From: Isurus oxyrinchus
Lineage: Eukaryota
Direction: 5' to 3'
NCBI GenBank assembly: GCA_026770705.1
Contig: JANJGN010000023.1
Coordinates: 10,044,001-10,108,000 of the forward strand
DNA length: 64,000 nucleotides
Shown: positions 9,601 through 22,795 of the stretch, piece after piece
Layout: each line of letters starts with the position of its first letter
Position numbering within the stretch: the stretch's first letter is position 1
The notes under the pieces: model-generated
What the model saw: the letters and a program-made list of their open reading frames with translations, nothing else
Database searches by the model: none
What the model was told of the DNA's origin: nothing
Program-made: the position numbers and the translations under genes

Positions 9601-11511
9601 TTGTGATCGATGGAGGCAGAAATAGCAGCGTTAACATTAACATTCAGCAAATTATCATTAAAATCCCTACAATGAAATATATTTTGATAACCCAAATTAT
9701 AACCATAAATCTGCTGATCAACCGGCAAACTCGTACAGAAGCGCCTGCTTCACAGCCTGACTCTTTTACTGACTAGTGCCAAGCTGCATTTCAGAATGAC
9801 GCCACATCCTCTTGTATCCCGGCTAGCTGATTATTCTGTTGTATTTTATGGGTCTGTTTCCTGGGTGTCAGTTCTCTGTACTTCTGGGTGGTGATTTCCA
9901 GCCCTGCAACATGACTTAACTTCGCCATAGCAGCGGTTCCAGGTCCCAGCACGAACACAACCACAGAAGCAGCGCAGGAGAAGTGGGAGACTCTCTCTAA
10001 TTCATTTGATATGTTTCTGTGTGAGGAGCTGCTGAGTGTCGCTGACTCATATCCTCACTGAACATTTGCAGCATTACTCGGCAGCTCGGCGCTGCTGAAT
10101 TTACAGCCCCGGCCACGAACCGAGCCCAGAGAGAGTGAAATATGTTTTGTGTGTTTCAGGCAATGACTCCTGGCCAGTCAGCAGCAGAGGCGGAGGTTGG
10201 TTCAGTGGGAAAAACGCTGCTTGAAACTTTGGTTGAGGAAAATTCCTCGTTTTATTTAACCTCAGTACTGAACTCCTCCTCAGAGCTGTTTATGCGGCGC
10301 GATTTTCATTTTGAAATCGGCTGGTTCAATCGCATCAAATCTTCATCTCGTCACCTGTTAAGCGGTGGCAGCGGCTGGAGAAAAAAAAAGACACAAATTT
10401 CACTCATTGCCTGTTCCTCTGAGACCTCCGTCTTCACCGAAACTGAGAAATGTATTTTTTAGACGTCCGTCGGGAAAATGTGTTGTCCAAATCAAAAAGG
10501 ACACCATAATTTCTAAATTTTAGACATTGCCATGGAGACCAGACGCGCCCAAGAAAAATACACCGGATGATGGAAATCTGAAATAAAACAGAAAATACGC
10601 AGCATCTATCAAAACTAAAAATTAGAATCTCTCAGGTCAATGATCTTTTATTCTGTTCATCGGCGGAATATCTGCTCCGAGCCGCCGAACAATGCTGCAA
10701 TGTTCAGTGTGGATATGAGTCAGTGACATTCAGCAGTTCCTCACACACCAACATATTTAATCAGAGGAGAGACTTCATCCTCTACTGAGCTGGCGACGCT
10801 GCTTGTGTTTGTGGTGAGAGCTGGAACTGCAGCTGTAGAGCAGAGCGGGATCAGCAATGCTGCCGGATCTAAGCGGATACCTGTCCTGGTTTGTAAACCT
10901 CTTGTGGACCATTGTGAGAAAGAAGGGAGATGGAAAGGCGGTTTCCTCCAGTCCAGCTCTTGTGATCGATGGAGGCAGAAATAGCAGCGTTAACATTAAC
11001 ATTCAGACTGTTATCTTTAATATCGATATAATTAAATAATGTGGTCAATATCCCAACTTATAACCAGATTCCAGAGTGATTGTTTGTGCAGTCGGCGGAT
11101 ATGATCAATCGTTTTATTTCAATTCACCGTTTTACAAATGCCGAGAAGTTCAAAATTACAAAACGAAACATTGCGGGAAGCTTCAATATTAAAATGTTTT
11201 AATTTGATCACATTGTTCAACATGGAATATAATGTAATCTTTTTGTGCTTTGAAGAAAAATAAACGATTGTGAACCACCCCAAATGCACATTAGAGTTTC
11301 TCTTTTGCTTTTTTCACCTTGAATATGTTGCTGTATGAGGAGCTGCCGTGAGACACGGGCTAATATCCACAGTGAACATTGCAGCATTGCTGGGCACTGC
11401 TGAACTTACACCCGTGACAATGAACCGAGCGCCGACAGAGAGTTCTGTGTATTTGAGGCAATGACTCCTGGCTGCCGGATGTAAGTAGCGCCGAGCAGCC
11501 GAGCGATGCTG

Positions 11512-11673
11512 TCATGGAACTCTATTCCTAACAGCACAGGGGCTCTACCTCACCACGCGGATTGCAGTGGTTCAAGAATGCTGCTCACCAGCACCTTCTG
11601 AAAGGCAACTAGGGATGGGCAATAAATGCCGGCCCAACCCGCGTAGCCCAAATCCGATAGACGAATAAAAAAA
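11512..11673 (+). mobile_element. LINE 3' fragment in B monomer
   Basis: Same 162-bp segment. Confidence 0.75.
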
Positions 11674-14600
11674 TGTTCACATGAGTCAGGAAGCTTCAGG
11701 GAAACTCCCTCACACTGTCTGCTTCTAAATGTCATCAGAGATTACTGATGAACTAGCAACCTTGTACAGAACTGCTTGCTTCACATCCTGCCTCTTTCAC
11801 TGCTTCGTGCCAAACTGCATTTCAGAATGAAGCCACATCCTCTTGTATTCCGGAGGGATGTTTATTCTGTTGTGATTTCTTGGTCTGACTAAATAAGTTC
11901 AAAACTTTAGACAGCGCCATGGAGACCAAACGCACCCAAACAAAATACACCGGATGCTGGAAATCTGAATAAAAGCCGTAAAAGAAGGAAATTCGCAGCA
12001 TCTATGAAGACAAAAACATGGATTCATTCAAGTCAATGATCTTTCATTCTGTTTATCGGCGGAGTATCCGCCCCGAGACGCCGAACAATGCTGCAATGTT
12101 CAGTGTGGATATGAGTCACTGACATTCAGCAGTTCCTCACAAACCAACATATTTAATCTGACGAGCGACTTCATCTTCCACTGAGCTGGCGCCCCTCCTT
12201 GTGTTTGTGGTGAGAGCTGGAACTGCAGCTGTAGAGCAGAGCGGGATCAGCAATGCTGCCGGATCTGAGCGGAAACCTGCCCTGGTTTGTAAACCTCTTG
12301 TGGACCATTGTGAGAAAGAAGGGAGATGGAAAGGCGGTTTCCTCTAATCCAGCTCTTGTGATCGATGGAGGCAGAAATAGCAGCGTTAACATTAACATTC
12401 AGCAAGTTATCATTAAAATCCCTACAATGAAATACGTTTTGATAACCCAAATTATAACCATAAAGTCATCAAATCCTGCTGATCAACCGGCAAACTCGTA
12501 CAGAAGCGCCTGCTTCACAGCCTGACTCTTTCACTGACTCGTGCCAAGCTGCTTTTCAGAATGAAGCCACATCCTCTTGTATCCCGGCTGGCTGATTATT
12601 CTGTTGTATTTTATGGGTCAGTTTCCTGGGTGTCAGTTCTCTGTACTTCTGGGTGGTGATTTCCAGCCCTGCAACATGACTCAACTTAGTTACAGCAGCG
12701 GTTCCAGGTCCCAGCACGAACACAACCACAGCAGCAGCGCAGGAGAAGTGGGAGACTCTCCTTTAATCCATTTGATATTTTTCTGTGTGAGGAGCTGCTG
12801 AGTGTAGCTGACACATATCCTCACTGAACATTGCAGCATTACTCGGCAGCTGGGCGCTGCTGAATTTACAGCCCCGGCCACGAACCGAGCCCAGAGAGAG
12901 TGAAATATGTTTTGTGTGTTTCAGGCAATGACTCCTGGCCAATCAGCAGCAGAGTGGCGGTGGTCGGTTCAGTGGGAAAAACGCTGCTTGGAGTTCTTAC
13001 CGAAACTTTGGTAGAGGCAAATTCCTCGTTTTATTTAACCTCAGTGCTGAACTCCTCCTCAGAGCTGTTTCTGTTCATGCGGCGCGATTTTCATTTTGAA
13101 ATCGGCTGGTTCAATCGCATAAAATCTTCATCTCGTCACCTTTTAAGCGGTGGCAGCGGCTGGAGAAAAAAAAAGACACAAATTTCACTCATTACCTGTT
13201 CCTCTGAGACCCCCGTCTTCACCGAAACTGAGAAATGTATATTTTAGACGTCTATCGGGAAAATGTTTTGTTCAAATCAAAAAGGACACCATAATTTCTA
13301 AATTTTAGACATTGCCATGGAGACGAGAGGCGCCCAAGAAAAATACACCGGATACTGGAAATGTGAAATAAAAACAGAAAATAGTCAGCATCTATGAAAA
13401 CTAAAAATTAGAATCTATCAAGTGAATGATCGTTTATTGTGTTTCTCGGCGCAATATCTGCCTCGAAAGGCCGAACAAAGCTGCAATGTTCAGTGTGGAT
13501 ATGAGTCAGTGACATTCAGCAGTTCCTCACACACCAACATATTTCATCTGAGGAGAGACTTCATCCTGCACTGAGCTGGCGCCCCTGCTTGTGCTTGTGG
13601 TGAGAGCTGGAACTGCAGCTGTAGAGCAGAGCAGGATCAGGAATGCTGCCGGATCCTAGCGGATACCTGTCCTGGTTTGTAAACCTCTTGTGGACCTTTG
13701 TGAGAAAGAAGGGAGATGGAAAGGCGGACTCCTCCAGTCCAGCTCTTGTGATCGGTGGAGGAAGAAATAGCAGCGTTAACATTCAGAATGTTTCGATTAA
13801 AATTCCTTCAATTAAATATGTTTTGATATTCCAAATTATAACCATAAATGTCATCAAAATCTGCTGATCAACCCGCAAACTCATACAGAACTGCCTGCTT
13901 CACAGCCTGACTCTTTCACTGACTCGTACCAAGCTGCATTTCAGAATGACGCCAAATCCTCTTGTATCCCGGCTGGCTGATTATTCTGTTGTATTTTATG
14001 GGTCTGTTTCCTGGGTGTCAGGTCTCTGTACATCTGGGTGGTGATTTCCAGCGCTGCAACATGACTCAACTTCGCTACAGCAGCGGTTCCAGCTCCCAGC
14101 ACGAACACAACCACAGCAGCAGCACAGGAGAAGTGGGAGACTCTCCTTTTATCCATTTGAAATGTTGCTGTGTGAGGAGCTGCTGAGTGTCGCTGACTCA
14201 TATCCTCACTGAACATTTGCAGCATTACTCGGCAGCTGGGCGCTGCTGAATTTACAGCCCCGGCCAAGAACCGAGCCCAGAGAGAGTGAAATATGTTTTG
14301 TGTGTTTCAGGCAATGACTCCTGGCCAGTCAGCAGCAGAGAGGCGGAGGTGGGTTCAGTGGGAAAAACGCTGCTTGGAGTTCTTACCGAAACTTTGGTTG
14401 AGGAAAATTCCTCGTTTAATTTAACCTCAGTACTGAACTCCTCCTCAGAGCTGTTTCTGTTCATGCGGGACGATTTTCATTTTGAAATCGGCTGGTTCAA
14501 TCGCATCAAATCTTCATCTCGTCACCTTTTAAGCGGAGGCAGCGGCTGGAGAAAAAAAAAGACACAAATTTCACTCATTGCCTGTTCCTCTGAGACCTCC

Positions 14601-15682
14601 GTCTTCACCGAAACTGAGAAATGTATTTTTTAGACGTCCGTCGGGAAAATGTGTTGTCCAAATCAAAAAGGACACCATAATTTCTAAATTTTAGACATTG
14701 CCATGGAGACCAGACGCGCCCAAGAAAAATACACCGGATGTTGGAAATCTGAAATAAAACAGAAAATACGCAGCATCTATGAAAACTAAATGTTAGAATC
14801 TATCAGGTCAATGATCTTTTATTCTGTTCTTCGGCGCAATATCGGCCCCGAGACGACGAACAATGCTGCAATGTTCAGTGTGGATATGAGTCAGTGACAT
14901 TCAGCATTTCCTCACACACCGACATATTTAAACTGAGGAGAGACCTCATCCTCCACTGAGCTGGCGACGCTGCTTGTGCTTGTGGTGAGAGCTGGAACTG
15001 CAGCTGTAGAGCAGAGCGGGATCAGCAATGCTGCCGGATCTAAGCGGATACCTGTCCTGGTTTGTTAACCTCTTGTGGACCATTGTGAGAAAGAAGGGAG
15101 ATGGAATTCGGTTTCCTCCAGTCCAGCTCTTGTGATCGATGGAGGCAGAAATAGCAGCGTTAACATTAACATTCAGACTGTTATCATTAATATAGACACA
15201 ATTAAATAATATGGTCAATATCCCAAATTACAACCAGAATTCCAGGGTGATTGTTTGTGCAGTCGGCGGATATGATCAATCGTTTTATTTCAATTCACCG
15301 TTTTACAAATGCCGAGAAGTTCTAAAGTGCAAAACGAAACATTGCGGGAAGCTTCAATGTTAAAATGTTTTAATTTGATCACATTGTTCAACATGGAATA
15401 TAATGTAATCTTTTTGTGCTTTGAAGAAAAATAAACGATTGTGAACCACCCCAAATGCACATTAGAGTTTCTCTTTTGCTTTCCTCAGCTTTAATATGTT
15501 GCTGTATGAGGAGCTGCCGTGGGACACAGGCTAATATCCACAGTGAACATTGCAGCATTGCTGGGCGCTGCTGAACTCACACCCGTGACCATGAACCGAG
15601 CGCCGACAGAGAGTTCTGTGTGTTTCAGGCAATGACTCCTGGCTGCCGGATGTAAGTAGCGCCGAGCAGCCGAGCGATGCTG

Positions 15683-15844
15683 TCATGGAACTCTATTCCT
15701 TACAGCACAGGGGCTCTACCTCACCACGCGGATTGCAGTGGTTCAAGAATGCTGCTCACCAGCACCTTCTGAAAGGCAACTAGGGATGGGCAATAAATGC
15801 CGGCCCAACCCGCGTAGCCCAAATCCGATAGACGAATAAAAAAA
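15683..15844 (+). mobile_element. LINE 3' fragment in B monomer
   Basis: Same 162-bp segment. Confidence 0.75.
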
Positions 15845-18465
15845 TGTTCACAGAAGTCAGGAAGCTTCAGGGAAACTCCCTCACACTGTCTGCTTCTTAA
15901 TGTCATCAGAGATTACTGATGAACCCGCAACCTTGTACAGAACTGCTTGCTTCACATCCTGCCTCTTTCACTGCTTCGTGTCAAACTGCATTTCAGAATG
16001 AAGCCACATCCTCTTGTATTCCGGAGGGATGTTTATTCTGTTGTGATTTCTTGGTCTGACTAAATAAGTTCAAAACTTTAGACAGCGCCATGGAGACCAA
16101 ACGCACCCAAGCAAAATACACCGGATGCTGGAAATCTGAATAAAAGCCGTAAAAGAAGGAAATTCGCAGCATCTATGAAGACAAAAACATGGATTCATTC
16201 AAGTCAACGAACTTTCATTCTGTTTCTCGGCGGAGTATCCGCCCCGAGCCGCCGAACAACGCAGCAATGTTCCGTGAGGATATGAGTCACTGACATTCGG
16301 CAGTTCCTCACACACCAACGTACTAAATCTGACGAGCGACTTCATCCTCCACTGAGCTGGCGCCCCTCCTTGTGTTTGTGGTGATAGCTGGAACTGCAGC
16401 TGTAGAGTAGAGCGGGATCAGCAATGCTGCCGGATCTGAGCGGAAACCTGCCCTGGTTTGTAAACCTCTTGTGGACCACTGTGAGAAAGAAGGGAGATGG
16501 AAAGGCGGTTTCCTCTAATCCAACTCTTGTGATCGGTGGAGGCAGAAATAGCAGCGTTAACATTAACATTCAGCAAGTTATCATTAAAATCCCTACAATG
16601 AAATATGTTTTGATAACCCAAATTATAACCATAAAATCATCAAAATCTGCTGATCAACCGGCAAACTCGTACAGAAGCGCCTGCTTCACAGCCTGACTCT
16701 TTCACTGACTCGTACCAAGCTGCATTTCAGAATGAAGCCACATCCTCTTGTATCCCGGCTGGCTGATTATTCTGTTGTATTTTATGGGTCAGTTTCCTGG
16801 GTGTCAGTTCTCTGTACTTCTGGGTGGTGATTTCCAGCCCTGCAACATGACTCAACTTAGCTACAGCAGCGGTTCCAGCTCCCAGCACGAACACAACCAC
16901 AGAAGCAGCACAGGAGAAGTGGGAGACTCTCCTTTAATCCATTTGATATGCTTCTGTGTGAGGAGCTGCTGAGTGTCGCTGACTCATATCCTCACTGAAC
17001 ATTGCAGCATTACTCGGCAGCTCGGCGCTGCTGAATTTACAGCCCCGGCCACGAACCGAGCCCAGAGAGAGCGAAATATGTTTTGTGTGTTTCAGGCAAT
17101 GACTCCTGGCCAATCAGCAGCAGAGAGGCGGAGGTGGGTTCAGTGGGAAAAACGCTGCTTGGAGTTCTTACCGAAACTTTGGTTGAGGAAAATTCCTCGT
17201 TTAATTTAACCTCAGTACTGAACTCCTCCTCAGAGCTGTTTCTGTTCATGCGGGACGATTTTCATTTTGAAATCGGCTGGTTCAATCGCATCAAATCTTC
17301 ATCTCGTCATCTTTTAAGCGGAGGCAGCGGCTGGAGAAAAAAAAGACACAAATTTCACTCATTGCCTGTTCCTCTGAGACCCCCGTCTTCACCGAAACTG
17401 AGAAATGTATTTTTTAGACGTCCGTCGGGAAAATGTGTTGTCCAAATCAAAAAGGACACCATAATTTCTAAATTTTAGACATTGCCATGGAGACGAGAGG
17501 CGCCCAAGAAAAATACACTGGATACTGGAAATGTGAAATAAAAACAGAAAATAGTCAGCATCTATGAAAACTAAAAATTATAATCTATCAAGTGAATGAT
17601 CGTTTATTGTGTTTCTCGGCGCAATATCTGCCTCGAAAGGCCGAACAATGCTGCAATGTTCAGTGTGGATATGAGTCAGTGACATTCAGCATTTCCTCAC
17701 ACACCGACATATTTCAACTGAGGAGAGACTTCATCCTCTACTGAGCTGGCGACGCTGCTTGTGCTTGTGGTGAGAGCTGGAACTGCAGCTGTAGAGCAGA
17801 GCGGGATCAGCAATGCTGCCGGATCTAAGCGGATACCTGTCCTGGTTTGTTAACCTCTTGTGGACCATTGTGAGAAAGAAGGGAGATGGAATTCGGTTTC
17901 CTCCAGTCCAGCTCTTGTGATCGATGGAGGCAGAAATAGCAGCGTTAACATTAACATTCAGACTGTTATCATTAATATAGACACAATTAAATAATATGGT
18001 CAATATCCCAAATTACAACCAGATTCCAGGGTGATTGTTTGTGCAGTCGGCGGATATGATCAATCGTTTTATTTCAATTCACCGTTTTACAAATGCCGAG
18101 AAGTTCTAAAGTGCAAAACGAAACATTGCGGGAAGCTTCAATGTTAAAATGTTTTAATTTGATCACATTGTTCAACATGGAATATAATGTAATCTTTTTG
18201 TGCTTTGAAGAAAAATAAACGATTGTGAACCACCCCAAATGCACATTAGAGTTTCTCTTTTGCTTTCCTCAGCTTTAATATGTTGCTGTATGAGGAGCTG
18301 CCGTGGGACACAGGCTAATATCCACAGTGAACATTGCAGCATTGCTGGGCGCTGCTGAACTCACACCCGTGACCATGAACCGAGCGCCACAGAGAGTTCT
18401 GTGTGTTTCAGGCAATGACTCCTGGCTGCCGGATGTAAGTAGCGCCGAGCAGCCGAGCGATGCTG

Positions 18466-18627
18466 TCATGGAACTCTATTCCTAACAGCACAGGGGCTCT
18501 ACCTCACCACGCGGATTGCAGTGGTTCAAGAATGCTGCTCACCAGCATCTTCTGAAAGGCAACTAGGGATGGGCAATAAATGCCGGCCCAACCCGCGTAG
18601 CCCAAATCCGATAGACGAATAAAAAAA
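18466..18627 (+). mobile_element. LINE 3' fragment in B monomer
   Basis: Same 162-bp segment. Confidence 0.75.
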
Positions 18628-21600
18628 TGTTCACAGAAGTCAGGAAGCTTCAGGGAAACTCCCTCACACTGTCTGCTTCTAAATGTCATCAGAGATTACT
18701 GATGAACCCGCAACCTTGTACAGAACTGCTTGCTTCACATCCTGCCTCTTTCACTGCTTCGTGTCAAACTGCATTTCAGAATGAAGCCACATCCTCTTGT
18801 ATTCCGGAGGGATGTTTATTCTGTTGTGATTTCTTGGTCTGACTAAATAAGTTCAAAACTTTAGACAGCGCCATGGAGACCAAACGCACCCAAGCAAAAT
18901 ACACCGGATGCTGGAAATCTGAATAAAAGCCGTAAAAGAAGGAAATTCGCAGCATCTATGAAGACAAAAACATGGATTCATTCAAGTCAACGAACTTTCA
19001 TTCTGTTTATCGGCGGAGTATCCGCCCCGAGCCGCCGAACAACGCAGCAATGTTCCGTGAGGATATGAGTCACTGACATTCGGCAGTTCCTCACACACCA
19101 ACGTACTAAATCTGACGAGCGACTTCATCCTCCACTGAGCTGGCGCCCCTCCTTGTGTTTGTGGTGAGAGCAGGAACTGCAGCTGTAGAGTAGAGCGGGA
19201 TCAGCAATGCTGCCGGATCTGAGCGGAAACCTGCCCTGGTTTGTAAACCTCTTGTGGACCACTGTGAGAAAGAAGGGAGATGGAAAGGCGGTTTCCTCTA
19301 ATCCAACTCTTGTGATCGGTGGAGGCAGAAATAGCAGCGTTAACATTAACATTCAGCAAGTTATCATTAAAATCCCTACAATGAAATATGTTTTGATAAC
19401 CCAAATTATAACCATAAAATCATCAAAATCTGCTGATCAACCGGCAAACTCGTACAGAAGCGCCTGCTTCACAGCCTGACTCTTTCACTGACTCGTACCA
19501 AGCTGCATTTCAGAATGAAGCCACATCCTCTTGTATCCCGGCTGGCTGATTATTCTGTTGTATTTTATGGGTCAGTTTCCTGGGTGTCAGTTCTCTGTAC
19601 TTCTGGGTGGTGATTTCCAGCCCTGCAACATGACTCAACTTAGTTACAGCAGCGGTTCCAGCTCCCAGCACGAACACAACCACAGAAGCAGCACAGGAGA
19701 AGTGGGAGACTCTCCTTTAATCCATTTGATATGCTTCTGTGTGAGGAGCTGCTGAGTGTCGCTGACTCATATCCTCACTGAACATTGCAGCATTACTCGG
19801 CAGCTCGGCGCTGCTGAATTTACAGCCCCGGCCACGAACCGAGCCCAGAGAGAGTGAAATATGTTTTGTGTGTTTCAGGCAATGACTCCTGGCCAGTCAG
19901 CAGCAGAGAGGCGGAGGTCGGTTCAGTGGGAAAAACGCTGCTTGGAGTTCTTACCGAAGCTTTGGTTGAGGAAAATTCCTCGTTTTATTTAACCTCAGTA
20001 CTGAACTCCTCTTCTGAGCTGTTTCTGTTCATGCGGGGCGATTTTCATTTTGAAATCGGCTGGTTCAATCGCATCAAATCTTCATCTCGTCATCTTTTAA
20101 GCGGTGGCAGCGGCTGGAGAAAAAAAAAGACACAAATTTCACTCATTGCCTGTTCCTCTGAGACCCCCGTCTTCACCGAAACTGAGAAATGTATTTTTTA
20201 GACGTCCGTCGGGAAAATGTGTTGTCCAAATCAAAAAGGACACCATAATTTCTAAATTTTAGACATTGCCATGGCGACGAGACGATCCCAAGAAAAATAC
20301 ACCGGATGTTGGAAATCTGAAATAAAACAGAAAATACGCAGCATCTATCAAAACTAAATGTTAGAATCTATCAGGTCAATGATCTTTTATTCTGTTCATC
20401 GGCGCAATATCGGCCCCGAGACGCCGAACAATGCTGCAATGTTCAGCGTGGATATGAGTCAGTGACATTCAGCAGTTCCTCACACACCGACATATTTAAA
20501 CTGAGGAGAGACTTCATCCTCCACTGAGCTGGCGCCCCTCCTTGTGTTTGTGGTGAGAGCTGGAACTGCAGCTGTAGAGCAGAGCGGGATCAGCAATGCT
20601 GCCGGATCTAAGCGGATACCTGTCCTGGTTTGTAAACCTCTTGTGGACCATTGTGAGAAAGAAGGGAGATGGAAAGGCGGTTTCCTCCAGTCCAGCTCTT
20701 GTGATCGGTGGAGGCAGAAATAGCAGCGTTAACATTCAGAATGTTATCATTAAAATTCCTACAATTAAATATGTTTTGATAATCCAAATTATAACCGTAA
20801 AGTCATCAAAATCTGCTGATCAACCCGCAAACTCGAACAGAAGCGCCTGCTTCACAGCCTGACTCTTTCACTGACTCGTGCCAAGCTGCATTTCAGAATG
20901 ACGCCACATCCTCTTGTATCCCGGCTAACTGATTATTCTGTTGTATTTTATGGGTCAGTTTCCTGGGTGTCAGTTCTCTGTACTTCTGGGTGGTGATTTC
21001 CAGCCCTGCAACATGACTCAACTTCGCTACAGCAGCGGTTCCAGCTCCCAGCACGAACACAACCACAGAAGCAGCGCAGGAGAAGTGGGAGACTCTCCTT
21101 TAATCCATTTGATATGTTTCTGTGTGAGGAGCTGCTGAGTGTCGCTGACTCATATCCTCACTGTACATTGCAGCATTACTCGGCAGCTCGGCGCTGCTGA
21201 ATTTACAGACGCGGACACGAACCGAGCCCAGAGAGAGTGAAATATGTTTTGTGTGTTTCAGGCAATGACTCCTGGCCAGTCAGCAGCAGAGAGGCGGAGG
21301 TGGGTTCAGTGGGAAAAACGCTGCTTGGAGTTCTTACCGAAACTTTAGTAGAGGCAAATTCCTCGTTTTATTTAACCTCAGTACTGAACTCCTCCTCAGA
21401 GCTGTTTCTGTGCATGCGGCGCGATTTTCATTTTGAAATCGGCTGGTTCAATCGCATCAAATCTTCAACTGGTCACCTTTTAAGCGGTGGCAGCGGCTGG
21501 AGAAAAAAAAGACACAAATTTCACTCATTACCTGTTCCTCTGAGACCCCCGTCTTCACCGAAACTGAGAAATGTATTTTTTAGACGTCCGTCGGGAAAAT

Positions 21601-22633
21601 GCGTTGTCCAAATCAAAAAGGACACAATAATTTCTAACTTTTAGACATTGCCATGGAGACGAGACGCGTCCAAGAAAAATACACCGGATGCAGGAAATCA
21701 GCAATAAAAACAGAAAATACTCAGCATCTATGAAAACTAAAAATTAGAATCTATCAGGTCAATGATCTTTTATTCTGTTTATCGGCGGAATATCTGCCCC
21801 GAGCCGCCGAACAATGCTGCAATGTTCAGTGTGGATATGAGTCAGTGACATTCAGCAGTTCCTCACACACCAACATATTTAATCAGAGGAGCGACTTCAT
21901 GCTCTACTGAGCTGGCGCCCCTGCTTGTGTTTGTGGTGAGAGCTGGAACTGCAGCTGTAGAGCAGAGCGGGTTCAGCAATGCTGCCGGATCTAAGCGGAT
22001 ACCTGTCCTGGTTTGTAAACCTCTTGTGGACCATTGTGAGAAAGAAGGGAGATGGAAAGGCGGTTTCCTCCAGTCCAGCTCTTGTGATCGATGGAGGCAG
22101 AAATAGCAGCGTTAACATTAACATTTAGACTGTTATCATTAATATCGATACAATTAAATAATGTGGTCAATATCCCAAATTATAACCAGATTCCAGGGTG
22201 ATTGTTTGTGCAGTCGGCGGATATGATCAATCGTTTTATTTCAATTCACCGTTTTACAAATGCCGAGAAGTTCAAAAGTGCAAAACGAAACATTGCGGGA
22301 AGCTACAATGTTAAAATGTTTTAATTTGATCACATTGTTCAACATGGAATATAATGTAATCTTTTTGTGCTTTGAAGAAAAATAAACGATTGTGAACCAC
22401 CCCAAATGCACATTAGAGTTTTTCTTTTGCTTTCTTCACCTTTAATGTGTTGCTGTATGAGGAGCTGCCGTGAGACACGGGCTAATATCCACAGTGAACA
22501 TTGCAGCATTGCTGGGCGCTGCTGAACTTACACACGTGACCATGAACCGAGCGCCGACAGAGAGTTCTGTGTATTTCAGGCAATGACTCCTGGCTGCCGG
22601 ATGTAAGTAGAGCCGAGCAGCCGAGCGATGCTG

Positions 22634-22795
22634 TCATGGAACTCTATTCCTAACAGCACAGGGGCTCTACCTCACCACGCGGATTGCAGTGGTTCAAGAA
22701 TGCTGTTCACCAGCACCTTCTGAAAGGCAACTAGGGATGGGCAATAAATGCCGGCCCAACCCGCGTAGCCCAAATCCGATAGACGAATAAAAAAA
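22634..22795 (+). mobile_element. LINE 3' fragment in B monomer
   Basis: Same 162-bp segment. Confidence 0.75.

Larger units (their letters stand above)
14330..19870 (+). repeat. Tandem near-duplication of a B-A dimer (period ~2,783-2,785 bp)
   Basis: Offsets are 14946/17731, 15721/18504 and 16342/19125. Shared variants include gatggaattcgg, gttctaaagtgc, ccaacgtactaaat and ggaccactgtg. Boundaries are approximate. Confidence 0.85.
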
